Assembly (NCBI GenBank): GCA_044222185.1
Contig: JBGANV010000003.1
Span: forward strand, 192,001-256,000
DNA length: 64,000 nucleotides
Direction: 5' to 3'
From: Planctomycetota bacterium
GTDB lineage: Bacteria > Planctomycetota > GCA-002687715 > CAIWVZ01
The position numbers and the translations under genes are program-made. The notes under the pieces are model-generated. The model saw only the letters and a list, made by a program, of their open reading frames with translations. It had not been told where the DNA came from and did no database searches. Below, piece after piece: positions 61,359 through 64,000 of this stretch. Each line of letters begins with the position of its first letter. Within the stretch, counting starts at the first letter, position 1.

Positions 61359-62807
61359 TCACTTGAAGGCCTGCATGAACTCCTTGATCCGGTTGCGGAC
61401 GATCTTGTCGTCGGCGTAGAGCGGCTGGAGCAGCTTCATGACTCCGAACCGTCCCCCGGCCCCGCCGGCACCGCGCCGGCCGCCGCCACCGCCGCCGGGC
61501 GGGGGCTCGGGCGCGCCCGTCAGGCGGGCCTTCGCGAACTCGCCGACGCGCTTCACCTGGGCATTGTTCTCGTCTTTCAGAAGATCATCGATGATCGATG
61601 CCGACGTCGGCGATTCCGACATCGTGAGTCCCCACAGGATCGCCGTCTTGATCTTCAGCGAGCCGTCCTTCGCCCACTTCGCCTTCAGGTCCTTCACGAC
61701 GGCAGGCCGGCTCACCGCGAAGTAACCGAGCGAGAGACACGCGGCGACGCGTACGTTCTCGGCCGAGCTGGAAAGCTCGTGGACGAGCGCGTTGGCGATC
61801 TCCTCGCGCCCGCCGCCCGTGGGGCCGAGAGCGCGAACGATGTCCTTGCGCACTTCGGGGTCCTTCTCACCCTTGAGGACCTCGAGGAGTTTCATGCCGG
61901 TGTCCGTGTTGGCCATCTCCTCCAACGTGACGACGGCACAGTTGCGGAGGTAAGTGTCCTTTTCGGCCAGGAGCGCCGTGAGCCCGACGGCCGACGCGGA
62001 GCACTCGGGATAGCCCCCGCCGCGCACGGTGTCGCCCCGGTCTTTCGAGCCCTTCATGTCCTTCAGCGTCGCGAGGAACGCCTCGACGCGTTCCGCACCT
62101 TCGACGCGCAGGAGTTCCTTGGTCGCGGCATCGCGGTCGGCCGGCTCGCCGTGGGCGATCCTCTGGCAGAGCGCCTCGACCGCCGGCGACCACGCCTTCC
62201 GCCCGGCGGCGTCGGGCGCTGCGCCCGCGACGGCCGGCTTGGACTCCGGTGGTTCGCCGCGGAACGCCGCCAGGCCGCGGTCGAGGAACTCGACGAAGCC
62301 CGCGGCCTTCATTTCGTACGGCTTGCGCTCGAGCACGCGCCCCTCGGCGTCACACATGATGTGCTGAGGCGCGATCACCGTTTCGGACTCCTGGAATCGG
62401 GTCCGCATCTCGCGCTCGCACGACTGGTGCTCGGCACAGCTCACGCCGGGGAACTGTGGGCACCCGGCCACGAGCTTGCCGTCGCTGTTGATCTCGGGCG
62501 TCACGTGCATGTAGGTGCTGCACGGAACGAGGACGAACTGGGCGAGCTTCTCGCGGACCTTGGCATCGCGGTACGCGGTGTCGAGCATGCGGCGGCAGCC
62601 GATCTCCTTGTCCTTCATGATGCAGAACAGGACGGGCCGCTTCTTTTCCGCGGCCGTCTTGAACGCCTCGGTCGTGGAGTGTGCCCAGGTGAGCCCATCT
62701 CCGGCCGATCCCGGCGGTCCGTTGGACCCGGGCTTGTTGTCCTGTGCGCGGATGGGTCCGAGGAGCAACGCAACAGCAACGTAGACAGCCAGCGCGCGTC
62801 CCGTCAT
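61359..62807 (-). CDS. Secreted protein with an N-terminal thioredoxin-like domain and HEAT repeats
   Basis: Signal peptide ending IRA-Q; WAHSTTEAFKTAAEKKRPVLF...C; HEAT-like LRNCAVVTLE, VRKDIVRALG, VRVAACLSLG. Confidence 0.8.
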   Translation of the reverse strand: MTGRALAVYVAVALLLGPIRAQDNKPGSNGPPGSAGDGLTWAHSTTEAFKTAAEKKRPVLFCIMKDKEIGCRRMLDTAYRDAKVREKLAQFVLVPCSTYMHVTPEINSDGKLVAGCPQFPGVSCAEHQSCEREMRTRFQESETVIAPQHIMCDAEGRVLERKPYEMKAAGFVEFLDRGLAAFRGEPPESKPAVAGAAPDAAGRKAWSPAVEALCQRIAHGEPADRDAATKELLRVEGAERVEAFLATLKDMKGSKDRGDTVRGGGYPECSASAVGLTALLAEKDTYLRNCAVVTLEEMANTDTGMKLLEVLKGEKDPEVRKDIVRALGPTGGGREEIANALVHELSSSAENVRVAACLSLGYFAVSRPAVVKDLKAKWAKDGSLKIKTAILWGLTMSESPTSASIIDDLLKDENNAQVKRVGEFAKARLTGAPEPPPGGGGGGRRGAGGAGGRFGVMKLLQPLYADDKIVRNRIKEFMQAFK

Positions 62808-63201
62808 GGGATCTCCGGGGTCTGATCGGTTTGGGCAACCTCTGCCGGGCCCGACCGGGCGTACGGCTCGCCGGGACCATGCTCTTCCCGGGACGGTGGC
62901 GCCGGATGTTAACCGTCGGCCCGCACCGATCTTTCGGGCCTTCCGTCTGGAGAGACGCCCGGATTGGGCCCACCGTTCCGGCACGTTCGGGGCGCCGCGC
63001 GAAAGGAGGCCGGACACTCAGTTTTCCTCAGGTGGCAGCTGCGGAGCCGGTCGGTGCCCCGCTTCCAGTCGTTGCCCCCTGGCGCGGATCACTTTGGATG
63101 CGGCCTGGACGAGCCTACCATCGCCGGACTTCCGCCGGCCTGACGCCCGTGCCCGAACCGGCACCCCCCCCACCACTGCCCGTTTTTCTGGAGTTCCCAC
63201 C

Positions 63202-64000
63202 ATGCGAGCCAACCGCTCGATGCTGATCCCCGCGCTGGCCTTTCTGGCACTCGCGGCCGCCCCAGCCACAGCCCAGTATCCCTTCCTCGTCATCAACGAG
63301 CTGGACGCCGACACGCCGGCCCCGCCCGCCGCAGCCACGAACGACGACCTCGAGTTCATCGAGATCTACGACGGCGGAATCGGCAACCTGCCGCTGACGG
63401 GCTACTCCCTCGTCTTCTTCAACGGCGGCGCCGGGACCGGCACGCTCTCCTACTTCGCACTGGATCTGACCGGCTCGACGGACGCGAACGGCTACTACGT
63501 CGTCGGCAACCCCCTCATCGCCGGCGCGGCGCAGACCTGGCCGCCGAACACCCTCCAGAATGGATCGGACGCCGTGGGTTTGTACTTCGGGCCGGCAGCG
63601 GCCTTCCCGAACAACACGGGAGTCACCGCGCCCGTGCTGGCGACGACCCTCGTGGACGCCGTCGTCTACCACACGTCCGACGCGCCGGCGACGGGACTGA
63701 TCGCGGCACTCACCCCAGGCCAGCCGCAAGTGAACGAGAACGCCAACAACATCAGCGCCACCGAGAGCATCGGTCGCTGTCCCAACGGCCTGGGCGGCCC
63801 GTTCACGACGAACGGATGGCTCACGTTCTCGCCGACGCCTGGCGGCCCGAATGCCTGCCCGACGGGTCCGATCTTCGGCATCTCGATCACGCAGAACCCG
63901 CCGTGCGGCGGACCGATCATCATCCAGGTGTCCGGTGCGACCCCCGGTGCGGAGATCTTCAACCTGATCTCGCTGCAATGCTCGGCGCCGGCCGGCAGCG
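63202..64000 (+). CDS. Secreted lamin-tail-domain (LTD) protein, truncated by the window end
   Basis: GGAG RBS; MRANRSMLIPALAFLALAAAPATA-QYPFLVINELDAD...EFIEIYD...LTGYSLVFFNG...LQNGSDAVGL...SIGRCPNG...PTPGGPN; absent from the ORF track because there is no stop. Confidence 0.88.
   Translation, partial: MRANRSMLIPALAFLALAAAPATAQYPFLVINELDADTPAPPAAATNDDLEFIEIYDGGIGNLPLTGYSLVFFNGGAGTGTLSYFALDLTGSTDANGYYVVGNPLIAGAAQTWPPNTLQNGSDAVGLYFGPAAAFPNNTGVTAPVLATTLVDAVVYHTSDAPATGLIAALTPGQPQVNENANNISATESIGRCPNGLGGPFTTNGWLTFSPTPGGPNACPTGPIFGISITQNPPCGGPIIIQVSGATPGAEIFNLISLQCSAPAGS

Noticed and set aside
349-63978. Many long alternative-frame or antisense ORFs (e.g. 349-2139, 2776-5133, 15826-17679, 21757-23841, 31006-32961, 51256-54051, 54786-57020)
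   Set aside because: Arg/Pro/Gly-rich shadows of real genes caused by high GC and codon bias; no recognisable motifs
1-64000. CRISPR array, rRNA, integrase or transposase
   Set aside because: No regularly spaced direct repeats, no rRNA-like sequence and no recombinase or DDE motifs seen in any ORF

Overview
A high-GC (about 68-70% by eye) bacterial chromosomal segment. Gene content (DUF1570-type HExxH protein, membrane Ser/Thr kinases, carboxypeptidase-regulatory-like repeats, FG-GAP, LamG and BNR exoproteins) suggests a Planctomycetota genome; this is inference only. Core or metabolic genes: tRNA-Asp(GTC), proS, an isocitrate/isopropylmalate-family dehydrogenase, MPG glycosylase, FMN alpha-hydroxy-acid oxidase, a complete Rrf2-sufBCDSUT operon, GTP-PEPCK and a Tat-exported PaoABC-like molybdoenzyme operon. 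These are interleaved with many secreted proteins. No CRISPR array, rRNA, integrase or transposase was seen. Main leads: (1) a recurrent ~110-130 aa terminal domain on about 10 unrelated exoproteins, together with signal peptides that almost all expose Gln, a candidate lineage-specific sorting/surface-display system; (2) a stand-alone patatin-TIR fusion near the tRNA 3' end (candidate anti-phage gene); (3) an unannotated multi-hairpin, GGA-rich RNA with its own minus-strand terminator upstream of proS; (4) a TIMP-like gene directly upstream of a matrixin; (5) a Cys-rich fourth gene coupled to the molybdoenzyme operon; (6) a kinase with a degenerate extracytoplasmic cyclophilin domain; (7) an in-frame amber codon in an otherwise intact phosphoesterase. 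All calls come from reading motifs by eye; no database searches were run.
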